From IMG/VR virus record IMGVR_UViG_3300021197_001365, positions 13,736 to 77,735 of that record: a stretch of 64,000 nt of DNA; one strand, given 5' to 3'. The stretch is from a virus. The notes under the pieces are model-generated. The model worked only from the letters and a program-made list of their open reading frames with translations, had not been told where the DNA came from and did not search any database. The translations under genes were made by a program, and so were the position numbers. Shown piece by piece: positions 18,408-29,322 of the stretch (position 1 is the first letter of the stretch; each line of letters begins with the position of its first letter).

Positions 18408-19233
18408 TTTTGAAGAAAAGTTTAATGTAGAAAATGGCACCCTAATTGTAGATGCACTCAATCTTGCTTTTAGATGGAAGCATCAAGGACGTACTGACTT
18501 TCGATACGAATATGACAGTACAGTAAAAAGCTTAAGGAAATCTTATGAATGTGAACGAGTCATATTGGCAGCAGACTGGGGCTCTTCTACCTACCGTAAG
18601 GAGATCCACCCAGCGTATAAACAAAATAGAAAAGACAAGTTCGCTGAACAATCAGAGGAAGAAAGAATCGCTTTCGAAGAGTTCTTCGAAGAGTACGAAG
18701 CATCCCTCGAAGTCGTGGGAGATAACTTCCAGGTACTTAGATATAAGGGTGTAGAAGCAGACGATATTGCTGCACATTTAGTAAAACAAAAAGAAAAGTA
18801 CGAATTAGGTAGTATTTGGTTAGTATCTAGTGATAGAGACTGGGATCTACTGATTCAAGAGGATGTAAGCAGATTTTCTTATGTGACGAGGAAGGAAGTC
18901 ACGCTAGAAAATTGGAATACTCACTATGAATGTTCTCCAGAGGAATATATTTCTTTAAAATGCCTCACAGGAGACAAAGGTGACAATGTTCCGGGCATAC
19001 CTGGAATTGGCCCCAAACGAGCTGTACAGTTAATAAAAGAATACGGAAATGCTTTTAGTATTTATGAAGCCGCCCCTATTCCTAGTAAATACAAATTCAT
19101 TCAGTCTTTAAATGAGAATGCAGAACAGATTTTACAAAACTATGAGCTTATGGATTTAATGACTTTTTGCGATGATGCAATAGGCACTGATAATTTATCA
19201 GACATTGAAAGGAGAATGACAAGTGTCATTTAA
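18397..19233 (+). CDS. D15: 5'-3' flap endonuclease (T5 D15)
   Basis: VDALNLAFR, YKQNR, EADD, SSDRD, GDKGDNVPGIPGIGPKRA. Confidence 0.95.
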   Translation: MAFSFEEKFNVENGTLIVDALNLAFRWKHQGRTDFRYEYDSTVKSLRKSYECERVILAADWGSSTYRKEIHPAYKQNRKDKFAEQSEEERIAFEEFFEEYEASLEVVGDNFQVLRYKGVEADDIAAHLVKQKEKYELGSIWLVSSDRDWDLLIQEDVSRFSYVTRKEVTLENWNTHYECSPEEYISLKCLTGDKGDNVPGIPGIGPKRAVQLIKEYGNAFSIYEAAPIPSKYKFIQSLNENAEQILQNYELMDLMTFCDDAIGTDNLSDIERRMTSVI

Positions 19234-21004
19234 TGTAACAGTAGATTATCGACGAGACAGATATCTGTCGGAGTTTAGCAAGAAAACTCTTGAAGATCGG
19301 TACATGATTGACGGGGAAGTATCTCCCCAAGACGCTTTTGCACGAGCGGCAAAAGCCTTTGCAAATGATGAGGAACATGCTCAAAGACTATACGACTATG
19401 CTAGTAAACTCTGGTTTATGTTTAGTACTCCTATACTATCTAATGGTGGAACCACCCGCGGCCTTCCTATTAGCTGCTTTCTTAATTTCGTGGAAGACAG
19501 TCGAGAAGGGATTACAAATCACTACACAGAAAATGCTTTTCTCAGTAGCGTTGGTGGTGGTGTTGGTGGCTGCTGGAATAGCATACGAAGCGTAGGTAGT
19601 AAGACATCTAACGGTTCTGAAAGTACTGGCGTAATTCCTTTTATGAAAGTTGTAGACGCTGAGATGCTTGCATTCTCTCAAGGCGTCACTCGACGAGGTA
19701 GCTATGCAGCGTACCTCGATATGTCTCACCCTGAAATTGAGGAGTTTTTAGATGTTCGCAAACCTACTGGAGGGGATATTAACCGCAAATCTACTAATCT
19801 TCATCACGGAGTGGTTGTTTCAGATCACTTTATGGCCCTTATAGAAGGTGCCACCAGGGAAGAGGGTTTTGATGATTCCTGGGATTTGAAGGATCCTAAT
19901 TCTGGTAGAGTTGTAAAGACTGTATCCGCAAAAACACTTTGGGTAAAACTTATTCAGAATCGTGTAGAAACTGGTGAGCCTTATATTATGTTTGGTGATA
20001 CAGTGCAGAATGGATTGCCTGAGTGTCAGAAAGAGAAAGGATTAAAAGTAAATCATTCAAATTTGTGTAGCGAGATTACTCTTGCCACAGATGAAGATCG
20101 TACCGCAGTATGTTGTCTTTCAAGCGTAAATCTAGAAGAGTTTGATGAGTGGCAACACGATCCGAATTTTATTCCGGATTTAGTAAATATGTTAGATAAT
20201 GTGCTTAGTTACTTTATTGAGAACGCTCCGAGAGAGTTATGGAGAGCTGCATATAGTGCAATGCAAGAAAGAAGTATTGGTCTAGGTGCAATGGGGTTTC
20301 ATGCATACCTTCAAAGACATCATATGCCTTTTGAGGGTGTAATGGCAAAGAGTGCAAACATGAGAATGTTTCGGCATATAAAATCGGAGGCAGAAAATGC
20401 AACTCGTAAACTTGCTGAAGAACGCGGTGAAGCTCCTGATGCTGTCGGCTATGGAGTTCGTAATGTGCATCTCTTGGCTGTTGCTCCTAATGCTAGCTCT
20501 AGCATTATATGCGGTAATACTAGTCCCAGTATTGAGCCTTATCGGGCTAATGCATTTACTCAAAAAACTAAGTCAGGCTCTAGTTTACAAAAGAATGAGT
20601 ACTTAGAGCATATTTTGCAGGAGCTAGGAGAGGATAATGATGAAGTATGGAAAGGAATTATTACGAACGGCGGCTCAATACAGCATTTGGACTTTTTGGA
20701 TGATTGGACGAAAGACGTATTCAAAACCGCAGTTGAAATTGACCAAAGATGGGTTATTGATCTTGCAGCCGATAGACAAGAATATATCTGTCAAAGTCAA
20801 TCCCTAAATGTCTTTTTTCCTGCAAATGTGTCAAAGCAAGAGCTTCATGCCATTCATATGATGGCTTGGAAAAAGAAAGTAAAAACTCTGTACTATTTGC
20901 GTAGTGAAGCGTATAAAAGGGCAGAAAATGTATCGGACGAAGCACTTCGTCAGTATATCTTCGATAGTATAGAAGAAGACGCGTGTTTAGCGTGTGAAGG
21001 ATAA
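19223..21004 (+). CDS. nrdA: Ribonucleotide reductase class Ia alpha subunit (no ATP cone)
   Basis: STPILSNGG, ISCF, SNLCSEI, APNASSS, TLYYLR, C-terminal CLACEG. Confidence 0.96.
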   Translation: MSFNVTVDYRRDRYLSEFSKKTLEDRYMIDGEVSPQDAFARAAKAFANDEEHAQRLYDYASKLWFMFSTPILSNGGTTRGLPISCFLNFVEDSREGITNHYTENAFLSSVGGGVGGCWNSIRSVGSKTSNGSESTGVIPFMKVVDAEMLAFSQGVTRRGSYAAYLDMSHPEIEEFLDVRKPTGGDINRKSTNLHHGVVVSDHFMALIEGATREEGFDDSWDLKDPNSGRVVKTVSAKTLWVKLIQNRVETGEPYIMFGDTVQNGLPECQKEKGLKVNHSNLCSEITLATDEDRTAVCCLSSVNLEEFDEWQHDPNFIPDLVNMLDNVLSYFIENAPRELWRAAYSAMQERSIGLGAMGFHAYLQRHHMPFEGVMAKSANMRMFRHIKSEAENATRKLAEERGEAPDAVGYGVRNVHLLAVAPNASSSIICGNTSPSIEPYRANAFTQKTKSGSSLQKNEYLEHILQELGEDNDEVWKGIITNGGSIQHLDFLDDWTKDVFKTAVEIDQRWVIDLAADRQEYICQSQSLNVFFPANVSKQELHAIHMMAWKKKVKTLYYLRSEAYKRAENVSDEALRQYIFDSIEEDACLACEG

Positions 21005-21007
21005 ATA

Positions 21008-21967
21008 ATGAATTTACTAACAGAAAGAGAATACTATAAGCCCTTTAATTATCCTTGGGCTTACGAACACTATAAGACTCAACAACATATGCACTGGTTG
21101 CCTGATGAAGTTAATCTTGCAGATGATTTACGAGACTATCGAGATAAGTTGACTCCTGAGAATCGTCGACTTATTAATCAGATTTTTAGATTCTTTACTC
21201 AAGCTGACGTAGATGTTTGTTGTGGATATGCCAAGCATTATCTTCCAACATTTAAGCAGCCTGAAGTAAGAATGATGCTGTCTGCTTTTGCAGCAATGGA
21301 AGCAGTACATCAAGAAGCCTATTCACTTTTACTAGAAACTCTTGGCTTTGGGGACGACGAGTACCAAAAGTTCTTTGAGCATAAAGCAATGATGGATAAG
21401 CATGAGCATCTATCCAATTTTGGGATGGATACTCCTATAGATATTGCAAAAACTTTAGCAATTTATTCTGGATTTACAGAAGGAGTACAGTTGTTTAGTA
21501 GTTTTGCAATTTTATTAAACTTTCCAAGACATAACTTGATGAAGGGTATGGGACAGATAGTAACATGGTCAGTTCGTGATGAAACATTACACGTCGAAGG
21601 CATGAGCCAACTATTCCGTACATTTATTCAAGAAAACCCGCAACTGTGGAATGATGATCTAAAGTATGAAATTTATTGTGCAGCAGAGCGCACAGTAGAA
21701 CTAGAGGATGCTTTTATCGACTTGTGTTTTGAAGGCGCAGAAGTGCCAGATCTAACAGCACAAGAAATAAAAGAATATATTCGATACATTGCAGATCGTA
21801 GACTTCTTGGTTTGGGTATGAAAAAGATTTTTGGAAGCGAAGAGAATCCTCTACCCTGGCTAGATTATATGTTAAACGGGGTAGAGCATACTAACTTTTT
21901 TGAAAACCGTGCCACCGAGTATGCACGCGCGAGCACTACCGGAAATTGGCAAGATATATTTAAATAG
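21008..21967 (+). CDS. nrdB: Ribonucleotide reductase class Ia beta subunit
   Basis: FFTQAD, EAVHQEAY (radical Tyr), EGVQLF, RDETLH, NFFENRATEY. Confidence 0.96.
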   Translation: MNLLTEREYYKPFNYPWAYEHYKTQQHMHWLPDEVNLADDLRDYRDKLTPENRRLINQIFRFFTQADVDVCCGYAKHYLPTFKQPEVRMMLSAFAAMEAVHQEAYSLLLETLGFGDDEYQKFFEHKAMMDKHEHLSNFGMDTPIDIAKTLAIYSGFTEGVQLFSSFAILLNFPRHNLMKGMGQIVTWSVRDETLHVEGMSQLFRTFIQENPQLWNDDLKYEIYCAAERTVELEDAFIDLCFEGAEVPDLTAQEIKEYIRYIADRRLLGLGMKKIFGSEENPLPWLDYMLNGVEHTNFFENRATEYARASTTGNWQDIFK

Positions 21968-21976
21968 GAACCTATT

Positions 21977-22144
21977 ATGGCGAACGAAAGCATTAATCTT
22001 GATCTTTCTTTAGATGAAGTAAATATTGTGCTAAATGCTTTGGGGGAACTGCCTGCAAAAGCAAGTATGGCAGTTATTTCGAAGATTCAATCACAGGCTC
22101 AACCTCAAGTTACACCTGAGCCGGTATCTGAAGGGGCTGAATAG
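21977..22144 (+). CDS. Small hypothetical protein (55 aa)
   Basis: MANESINLDLSLDEVNIVLNALGELPAKASMAVISKIQSQAQPQ...; AGGA RBS; below ORF-track cutoff. Confidence 0.75.
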   Translation: MANESINLDLSLDEVNIVLNALGELPAKASMAVISKIQSQAQPQVTPEPVSEGAE

Positions 22145-22155
22145 CCCCTTTTTTT
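22131..22155. terminator. Terminator at the junction of the convergent early and late arms
   Basis: AAGGGGCT-GAAT-AGCCCCTT plus T-run on + strand, between convergent stops at 22144 and 22154. Confidence 0.8.
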
Positions 22156-24820
22156 AAGCCTCTAAAGCTGCTGAGGGTCGAGTGAAGTTAGATGTATATC
22201 TTGCTTTACCTTTAGTAGTACGAACATCAAATTGATAACCAGTAAAAGTTTCACCCCCATTATGGCTAGCACCAATTCTGTATTGTGTATCGCTAAAGTT
22301 ATTAGTCATACTGCTATTAGTAGTTCCTACTTGAGTTCCATCTAAAAACATTTTACCCGTATTACCGGATCTAGAAAACGCCCAGTGGTACCAAGTACCG
22401 GTCGATACAGATCCTCCAACACCAACGATTTGTGAGCCCGAATAAACATATATTTGTCCAGAAGCGTTCAATCCCATTGTCCATCCGGTTGATGTGTTAC
22501 CATTACGAGCGTCGACTATAGAATAAATTGTTCCGCTTCCGGGTAAACTAGTAACATAGAACCAACCCTCTGCAGTAAAATCACCTGTGCCAAAATTAGC
22601 ATGCCCCTCACCGTCCATTTTTAGATAATCGTTACCATCAAAGTGCATTGATGAAGTGAGATACTTAGCATAAGTAGTAGAAGTTACTGGGTCACCTTGC
22701 CGTATAATTTTTTCGGTTTGTTGTGCCTTATCGATGATTGCAGCATTTGTTCCGCTAAGAAGGACAGTTGTGTTAGTAATTGCAGTAAGTGCTGTAGTTG
22801 GTACCGTACAGGTAGTTTGCGTAGGGTCGTATACAGTAGTACCATTTACAATTCGAAATTGTGATATAGTTCCATTAAAATATCCAGAAGCACCACTACC
22901 CCCTACACAGGCCGACCCAACATTAAAAATGTCTCTTGTTGTCGGCTGTGCATATGTTGGTGTCGTGGTGCTCTCTCTAATGCCATTTATAAACATCGCG
23001 GTTGTAGTACCATTGTGGGATATTGCAATATGATACCAACGACCAACGACCATAGTAGAAGTACTTGAGAAACCGCCGTTACTGCCCCCAGTATTCCAAT
23101 ACCACGACATTCCTGCAGAACCGTTAGTTTGCAAAGTATAAGCTACCCCAGCGCTACCACTCCAAGCAGAGCCGGAACCTCCCCCGCGTTGGACTATGTT
23201 ATTACCCTCATTAGTAGCTTCAAGTTTGTACCACGCTTCTAAGGTCCAAGAACCAGACGTCGTTAAATCCATAGCGGTGTTGTTATTAGCAACTCGAAGA
23301 AAGTCTCCTGTACCATCAAAGTCCATTGAACCCCCATGGGTTGCTGCTGCATATTCAAGGTAGTCGTAAGGGCTGTAAGGTTCTGTAACTGGATCTCCAG
23401 CTAAAGTTATAGTATGCTTATCTGTGGAACCATCCGCAATATAAGGTAAATGACAAGTAAGTAACTTAGTATTTGTTACTGCTGTTAAAGGCTCTGTAGG
23501 TGCGGTAAATGCAGAAGTATATACAGCGGTACCTTTTACAAATCTAACGTCTCTTATATAGCCATTTAAATTATTACCATATTGATGTGACCCAATTCTA
23601 ATTCTATTATTAGCATAATTAGTACTATTTGACGCACTATATTTTAAAGCCCCGTCAATATATAAATATAAAGTAGAGGCATCCCTAACAAGGGCTAAAT
23701 GATACCACTTATTTAAATCAATAATATCGTGATTGGTACCACTTCCTACATTTCCTGTTAACCAATCTGAGTCGACTATACCAATACTATCATTTGTGTG
23801 GTAATAAAAAATGTTCATTACATTAGTTGAACCACTCATAAGAGCAAGAAGAGTATACTGTGTATCTGCGTTAACTTGAAACCAACATTCTAAAGTAAAC
23901 TGCCCAGTACCAACTTGAAATGATGAAATATTTGTAGGAGTTTCTAAATAGTCCCCGGTACCATCAAAATAAGTCGAATACCCCCCAGACCGGGTAGGGC
24001 TAACTGTGCGTTGAAATACGTCTCCGGAAGCGGTAACAGTATGTGTACTAGAACTAGAGTCTACAAAACTATTATTCAAGGCACTAGCATTATTACCCCC
24101 AGCAGCTGTAATTAGTGACGTAGTAAACTTACTATCAGGAATTTGCAAAATAAATTCAAGAGTAAAAGTAGATGCCGCTGTTGCGATATTAACACCATCT
24201 GAAGCACGGAATGTTAAACTAAACGAACCCGAGTTATCAGTATTTGTAGAGGGTGTAATAGTAAATACATTTGTATTTGATCCCGTTCCCTGAGTTACAG
24301 CCGCAACATTGCCAGACGTATCTGAAGCAATACTAAAAGTAACCGGCAATCCTTCCGGATCAGTTGCAACGATTGTAACTATAGTTGCTGTACCATCCGT
24401 TGCTAGCGAATAAGCGGCATTAGCCCCACTAATAGTTGGGGTTGTATTGATTAGCGCAATATTGTACCAACCATTGTCGCTCTGAATATATAAACGATTT
24501 GTAGAATCAACTAGAGCCATGGAGCCTTCTGATACAGAAGAGGGGGCGGGTAAGTTGTCCAGAGTAGAGTATACAGTTACACCAGCGCCTGAGCCTCCTG
24601 CATTATTATCAACATAGTCTTTAACAGCGGCAGAGGTAGGTAAAGTAGTATCATTATCATTATTTCCAATACCCTCTGATTCAGTAACTAATGAAGCAGG
24701 AGCTAGTTTTGATGAAGTAATAGTTGAATCCGCAATTTGAGATGCGGCATCTGCTAACTTACCGTCGCTATTAAGTCCTCTTAAAAATTCTGCAACTAGT
24801 CTGCCTTTTGACTTTGACAT
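22154..24820 (-). CDS. Virion adhesion/fibre protein with Ig-like domain and three LamG (ConA-like lectin) domains
   Basis: Three FDG.GDYL...FT.E.W...WYH.A..R...YIDG...Y...F..P units; Ig/cadherin-like ATDPEG segment. Confidence 0.85.
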   Translation of the reverse strand: MSKSKGRLVAEFLRGLNSDGKLADAASQIADSTITSSKLAPASLVTESEGIGNNDNDTTLPTSAAVKDYVDNNAGGSGAGVTVYSTLDNLPAPSSVSEGSMALVDSTNRLYIQSDNGWYNIALINTTPTISGANAAYSLATDGTATIVTIVATDPEGLPVTFSIASDTSGNVAAVTQGTGSNTNVFTITPSTNTDNSGSFSLTFRASDGVNIATAASTFTLEFILQIPDSKFTTSLITAAGGNNASALNNSFVDSSSSTHTVTASGDVFQRTVSPTRSGGYSTYFDGTGDYLETPTNISSFQVGTGQFTLECWFQVNADTQYTLLALMSGSTNVMNIFYYHTNDSIGIVDSDWLTGNVGSGTNHDIIDLNKWYHLALVRDASTLYLYIDGALKYSASNSTNYANNRIRIGSHQYGNNLNGYIRDVRFVKGTAVYTSAFTAPTEPLTAVTNTKLLTCHLPYIADGSTDKHTITLAGDPVTEPYSPYDYLEYAAATHGGSMDFDGTGDFLRVANNNTAMDLTTSGSWTLEAWYKLEATNEGNNIVQRGGGSGSAWSGSAGVAYTLQTNGSAGMSWYWNTGGSNGGFSSTSTMVVGRWYHIAISHNGTTTAMFINGIRESTTTPTYAQPTTRDIFNVGSACVGGSGASGYFNGTISQFRIVNGTTVYDPTQTTCTVPTTALTAITNTTVLLSGTNAAIIDKAQQTEKIIRQGDPVTSTTYAKYLTSSMHFDGNDYLKMDGEGHANFGTGDFTAEGWFYVTSLPGSGTIYSIVDARNGNTSTGWTMGLNASGQIYVYSGSQIVGVGGSVSTGTWYHWAFSRSGNTGKMFLDGTQVGTTNSSMTNNFSDTQYRIGASHNGGETFTGYQFDVRTTKGKARYTSNFTRPSAALEA

Positions 24821-24823
24821 TTA

Positions 24824-25324
24824 TTACTCCGGTTTTGTAGGCCAGGTTATGTTATTTGGAAACTCTGACTGCTGCGGCACATCTCGAAGTGCTTGTCTGT
24901 ATGTTTTCATTGCATCTGCCATTGTTACGTCTGAAAGTGCAAAATGGTCTGTTTCTTTGAGTAAGTTGTCTCGTGTAGAGCGTTCTTGAATTGCTTTTTC
25001 ATTGTTTATTCTAGCTGTATGCGCTGTTTGTTGTGCAGATACAGTTTGTACATTCCCTTCTTCATCTGTGTATTCTGTAAACATTTCTCTTTCAACCCAC
25101 GCATACACCCAGTTTCCGTTAGAATCTTGTACTGCCCCATTTCTGCCAACTACTTTAAATTCTCCACTCGGGGTCGGAGCGGGTGCAGCAAGCACAGGAT
25201 CAATTCCTAAAGCTTCAAATACATTTATATTCCATACTTTTGGAAAAGAAACATTTCTATTCTCAAGTCGGAGATCTGTTTTGGATTTGAGCTCTCCGCT
25301 TGCTCGTATTCTATATTCGCTCAT
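24824..25324 (-). CDS. Tail fibre assembly-like protein (DUF4376-like C-terminus)
   Basis: RDNLLKETD...YRQALRDVPQQSEFPNNITWPTKP. Confidence 0.8.
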   Translation of the reverse strand: MSEYRIRASGELKSKTDLRLENRNVSFPKVWNINVFEALGIDPVLAAPAPTPSGEFKVVGRNGAVQDSNGNWVYAWVEREMFTEYTDEEGNVQTVSAQQTAHTARINNEKAIQERSTRDNLLKETDHFALSDVTMADAMKTYRQALRDVPQQSEFPNNITWPTKPE

Positions 25325-25334
25325 TTTTTATCTC

Positions 25335-26318
25335 CTATGCGATTGCTAAAAATAAGTAAGTTTCACTGCTTCTGTTGCTGTCGCTATCATTTCCAAACAC
25401 CTCGAACCCGCTTGATTGTGGGTTAACATCCACTGGCGAGTTTGTTGTTTCTGCCGCAGTCTGATTAACAATCAGATAATTATCAAGACCCGATGTAATC
25501 CCTCTGGCGCTGTCCCATATAAACCAGTTAGCCGACCCGCTTGTTTGCTTAATCATTACAAACCTAGCCCCGCTACTAAAACCACAGTCTATAGTCTGAG
25601 TGGATCCACTGCCCGTATAAGTGCCAACCTTAGATATGCCATCTACCGTAGCAAAGAGATACGCAACCTTTTTTATTTCTTCAGTACCACCACCAAAGTT
25701 ACTAACAGAAGTAGACGAATAAGTGCCAAATGAAAGACCGTTTTCCAATGCGGCGGTTAAATGAAAATACCCCCTTTTGTTTATAAGAGGGACGTCCACC
25801 GACCAATTACTAGTGGTTATATAAGGGCCACCGGAACGAGTGTCATGATATGCCTTGACAATAGCTAGTTGTGGAGTGGCTCCTAAATTATGGGATATTG
25901 CTGTTGTTGAGCCGTCTTCAATCCAAGTTACTACGTCAAAGAATCCCGGCGCTTGGCGAAATGTCCAAGAAACAAAATTACCGCTTGATTCATTTACACC
26001 GGCTTCACTGCCCAGCGAAAAACCGTTTGAGTTAAAAGCAGTTACAGAATTTGCTGTAGTTTGCTCGACGGCAGTTCTGTCTGAGTTAAGGGTCTTGTTA
26101 ACTCCCCGATTGGTATCTACCAAAAAATGATTTCTAATTGAGTCGCGTTGTTTAATCCAAACAAGACCGCCTTCGCCAGAAAGATTAATGTCGTTGGTTA
26201 TGCTCTGAGTGGAGCTATTGCCTGTGTAAGTTGTTGGTGAAAAAACATCAACAGCGTCAAAACTTGCGCCGGCATTGCCAGCCGCCGCCGCAAGTAGTTT
26301 TAAGGCTCCGTTACTCAT
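25335..26318 (-). CDS. Putative tail fibre/virion structural protein (YTGNG beta-rich family)
   Basis: YTGNSSTQSI...GGLVWIKQR...; GTYTGSGS...IDCGFSSGARFVMIK. Confidence 0.75.
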   Translation of the reverse strand: MSNGALKLLAAAAGNAGASFDAVDVFSPTTYTGNSSTQSITNDINLSGEGGLVWIKQRDSIRNHFLVDTNRGVNKTLNSDRTAVEQTTANSVTAFNSNGFSLGSEAGVNESSGNFVSWTFRQAPGFFDVVTWIEDGSTTAISHNLGATPQLAIVKAYHDTRSGGPYITTSNWSVDVPLINKRGYFHLTAALENGLSFGTYSSTSVSNFGGGTEEIKKVAYLFATVDGISKVGTYTGSGSTQTIDCGFSSGARFVMIKQTSGSANWFIWDSARGITSGLDNYLIVNQTAAETTNSPVDVNPQSSGFEVFGNDSDSNRSSETYLFLAIA

Positions 26319-27208
26319 TAGCCCATCGCCTGTCCAGCAGTAAAGCCGTAATAAGTTGTGCCACCATCATAAGTTATAAATACAAATACATCTACACCAG
26401 CATTTGTAGCTGTTATAGTTGGAGCAGTCGCGGCCGCCCAGTCTACACTAGAAGGCCAAGTAATTGTTCGTGCGCTACTATCTTGAATAACTTTTAGACT
26501 AAAAATAGTAGGCTTACCTGATGCTCCTGGATTGCTAAATGTATAAGTTACATTTTCTGATAAAGTATGTGTAAAGTTATCTCCAAGTTGTAAATTTAAA
26601 GTTGCAGCATTTGAGCTTGAAGTAATCGCTGTAGACTTACTTACAGTACCTTTATCAAAATTTACAACTCCGTTTGCATCCGCAGTTACAGCCTTAGACG
26701 CCGCCGTTAACCCAAGCGTAGCAATATCTAAGTAATTAAGCTCTGCGGTAGTAGCAGTAACACCGTCAAGAAGATTAAGTTCCGTAGCGGTTGCAGTAAC
26801 CGCTACATTCTCGTTTATTTTAGGAGATGTTAAAGTTTTGTTGGTCAATGTATCTGTTGTTGCTCTACCCACTAAAGTGTCAGTGCCGGTTGGAAGCGTA
26901 AGAGTTACATTACCACTATAAGCACTATGAGCGGCAGACTGTAATTGAGTATAGTGTGCATTACTGGATTCACAATAAAATTTAATATTTGAAACGGAAC
27001 CTGAATTTTTAAGTACAATTTCTCCAGATTGAATATCTACGTTACCATCGAGGCGTACAAGACCGCTACCATTTGGAGTAATTGCAATATTACCATTTGA
27101 TACACTAACTAATCCATTTCCATTTACATCCAAATCGCCCCCAAGTTGAGGGGTAGTATCCTCTACTACTGCTGGTGCTGTCCCCGGCTGTATGCCAATA
27201 AAAGCCAT
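26318..27208 (-). CDS. Putative tail fibre/structural protein
   Basis: DTTPQLGGDLDVNG, TLTNKTLTSP, TATATELNLLDGVTATTAELN repeats, C-terminal ITWPSSVDW...DVFVF.T.DGGTTYYG domain. Confidence 0.8.
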   Translation of the reverse strand: MAFIGIQPGTAPAVVEDTTPQLGGDLDVNGNGLVSVSNGNIAITPNGSGLVRLDGNVDIQSGEIVLKNSGSVSNIKFYCESSNAHYTQLQSAAHSAYSGNVTLTLPTGTDTLVGRATTDTLTNKTLTSPKINENVAVTATATELNLLDGVTATTAELNYLDIATLGLTAASKAVTADANGVVNFDKGTVSKSTAITSSSNAATLNLQLGDNFTHTLSENVTYTFSNPGASGKPTIFSLKVIQDSSARTITWPSSVDWAAATAPTITATNAGVDVFVFITYDGGTTYYGFTAGQAMG

Positions 27209-27543
27209 TATGTAATCTCCATAATACCAAGAGTTGCATCAAGTGCTGACCCGGTTCCTGCTTTTACACGCAGAACATCTGTAGCTTCAAGAACATACTT
27301 TTGCCCGCTCAGCAATTCTAAAGACGTCCTGGCAGGTATACTAACTGTATCGATTACCTGAAAATCTGCATTTGAAGCTGAGGTATCTTGAAACTGAACT
27401 GTTGCAGTTACAGAACTCGCTGTTTTATTGCAAAGAGTTAACCCAAGAACTATTGTAGTCGTGGAAGCAGGAACAGTATACAAATCTACAAAAGAAGAGT
27501 TGCTTACGCTTGCTGCAAAAGCATTTTTAAAAGTATTTGCCAT
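27208..27543 (-). CDS. Small virion structural protein
   Basis: MANTFKN...LYTVPASTTTIV...KYVLEATDVL, family common beside marine phage fibre genes. Confidence 0.75.
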   Translation of the reverse strand: MANTFKNAFAASVSNSSFVDLYTVPASTTTIVLGLTLCNKTASSVTATVQFQDTSASNADFQVIDTVSIPARTSLELLSGQKYVLEATDVLRVKAGTGSALDATLGIMEIT

Positions 27544-27547
27544 AATT

Positions 27548-28249
27548 TTATCCTAAAGCAATCGCCAATGCGGTTGCATCATCCAGTACAGAATTTACAG
27601 TTAGTTTTCTTCCTAAATCTATTATATAATCAATTACGTCGCCAGTAACAAGAGCTGGAGCAAATGTAATTGTTGATCCAGATATAGTAAAAGAGTCTCC
27701 AGGTTCTTGTGTTATACCATTTACTGATACAATCAATGCATTTTGATGTGACGGAGTATAGGCAGCACTACTTACTGTCATAGAGTATGCCGCTTGATTA
27801 TTAACAGTACTAATAGCATCCAGCTTTGTAGGAGTAACACTATCTACCGTGCTTCCAAAAGTTAAAATGCGAACTTCATCATTTGCAGCTAATGCTGTCG
27901 TAAATACTACGGAAGTTCCATTTGTAGCAGTATAGTCCACAGAATCATCTTGTAATATTCCATTAAGAAATACCATAATAGATCCAGCTGTATATATTAA
28001 ACTTTGTGATCCTGTATCATTACCACTAAAAGTTGTTTGACTGCCACTGGCCGTATATTCAAATTCTTTAATAGCAACCGTAGAGCTTGATAAAAGAGCC
28101 TCAGAAGTTCCTAACTCTTTTATTGTACCAGAATCATTTATAAAAAGTTTTTGTGCAGAAGTATCTACAGCAACTTCACCACTAGCAATATTACTAGTAG
28201 TAGGAGTACTGGTACCTCTTTTTAATTTTATTACTTGATTCGTTGCCAC
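27548..28249 (-). CDS. Structural/fibre-baseplate protein
   Basis: IKLKRG..P....GEVAVD N-terminus; ASGSQTTF...VFLNGILQ...DYTATNGTSVVF repeats; C-terminal DATALAIALG; GGAG RBS, GTG start. Confidence 0.75.
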   Translation of the reverse strand: MATNQVIKLKRGTSTPTTSNIASGEVAVDTSAQKLFINDSGTIKELGTSEALLSSSTVAIKEFEYTASGSQTTFSGNDTGSQSLIYTAGSIMVFLNGILQDDSVDYTATNGTSVVFTTALAANDEVRILTFGSTVDSVTPTKLDAISTVNNQAAYSMTVSSAAYTPSHQNALIVSVNGITQEPGDSFTISGSTITFAPALVTGDVIDYIIDLGRKLTVNSVLDDATALAIALG

Positions 28250-28260
28250 TGTACCGCTCC

Positions 28261-29304
28261 TTAGTAGGTGCCGCCATCAATTGTATTTAGAGTGACTGCC
28301 CCTGTTGATACATCAAATTGTCCAGAATCAAAAGACGCCACGCCTTTTGTAGAAGCAGTTGCAGTTGCAACAGTTACTTGGCCGTTTGAGGCCGTAACAT
28401 TCGTTCCAGAAATACTAGAAATGAAATCTACGATTGATTCTTTTGCAGAAGTACCTGAAGCACCTCCATCAAAGAAAAATAAGTAATCAGTGTTAACAGC
28501 CGCAGTTGCCTCTGTAACACTAGCAGCATCTAAACCCGCAGCATTTGCATCGAGAATACCAGTACTACCACTAAATACTTCTGAAGAATTTGTAGCATCT
28601 GGGATAAAAGTAAACTTACCTGTGCTATCATCAAATCCAAAGAAACCTAATTTTGCACCTGATCCAGTATGATATCGAAATTCAATACCACGATCTTTAT
28701 TATCGTCAGATCCAGGCGCAGAATCGCCACCAAGAGTAAATACTGGGTCATCTACAGTCGTGGTAGTAGAGTTTACAGTAGTTGTAGTCCCATTTACCGT
28801 AAGATTTCCAGTTACAGTAAGACCCCCAGCCATTGTAATAGTAACATCTGTACCATCACCAATAGTAGTGCTATCACTAATTGCAGTAAGTCGAGTACGC
28901 AAATTTGCAACACTTACGTCCACATCCGAAGTAGAAACGCTTCCAAAAGATAATGTACCACTACCATTTGTTTGTAATACTTGAGTGTTAGAACCGTCTG
29001 AAGTCGGTAAAGTAAAAGCACTTACAAAAGAGGCTAAGTTTGCATCATGTACAAGAGTATCTACTCCAGGCTCTATATCCAGCAGTTGTTGAATCTCGCC
29101 TTTTGTAATACCTGTTGCAAGTACAGGAGCTCCCGCATTATTTTTAATTGCACCGCCTACGGCAATTGGAGTATTTGCTGCTCCCGGGTCTCCGATATAA
29201 AATGTATCCGTTCCTTTTGTATAAGCAAGCTCACCTGAAGCCAACGTAGACGGGGCCGAAGAGCCGGTAGAACGTTTAATTTTTATGGTTTGTGTGGATG
29301 CCAT
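28261..29304 (-). CDS. Putative tail fibre/structural protein
   Basis: IKIKRS...APSTLASGELAY, LTVTGNLTVNGTTTTVNSTT, DRGIEF, C-terminal IDGGTY. Confidence 0.8.
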   Translation of the reverse strand: MASTQTIKIKRSTGSSAPSTLASGELAYTKGTDTFYIGDPGAANTPIAVGGAIKNNAGAPVLATGITKGEIQQLLDIEPGVDTLVHDANLASFVSAFTLPTSDGSNTQVLQTNGSGTLSFGSVSTSDVDVSVANLRTRLTAISDSTTIGDGTDVTITMAGGLTVTGNLTVNGTTTTVNSTTTTVDDPVFTLGGDSAPGSDDNKDRGIEFRYHTGSGAKLGFFGFDDSTGKFTFIPDATNSSEVFSGSTGILDANAAGLDAASVTEATAAVNTDYLFFFDGGASGTSAKESIVDFISSISGTNVTASNGQVTVATATASTKGVASFDSGQFDVSTGAVTLNTIDGGTY

Positions 29305-29322
29305 AATTTAAATTCCTGTGGC

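Noticed and set aside
9872-21967. Introns or inteins in polA, helicases or nrdAB
   Set aside because: All are uninterrupted and of compact size, with no intein terminal motifs noticed
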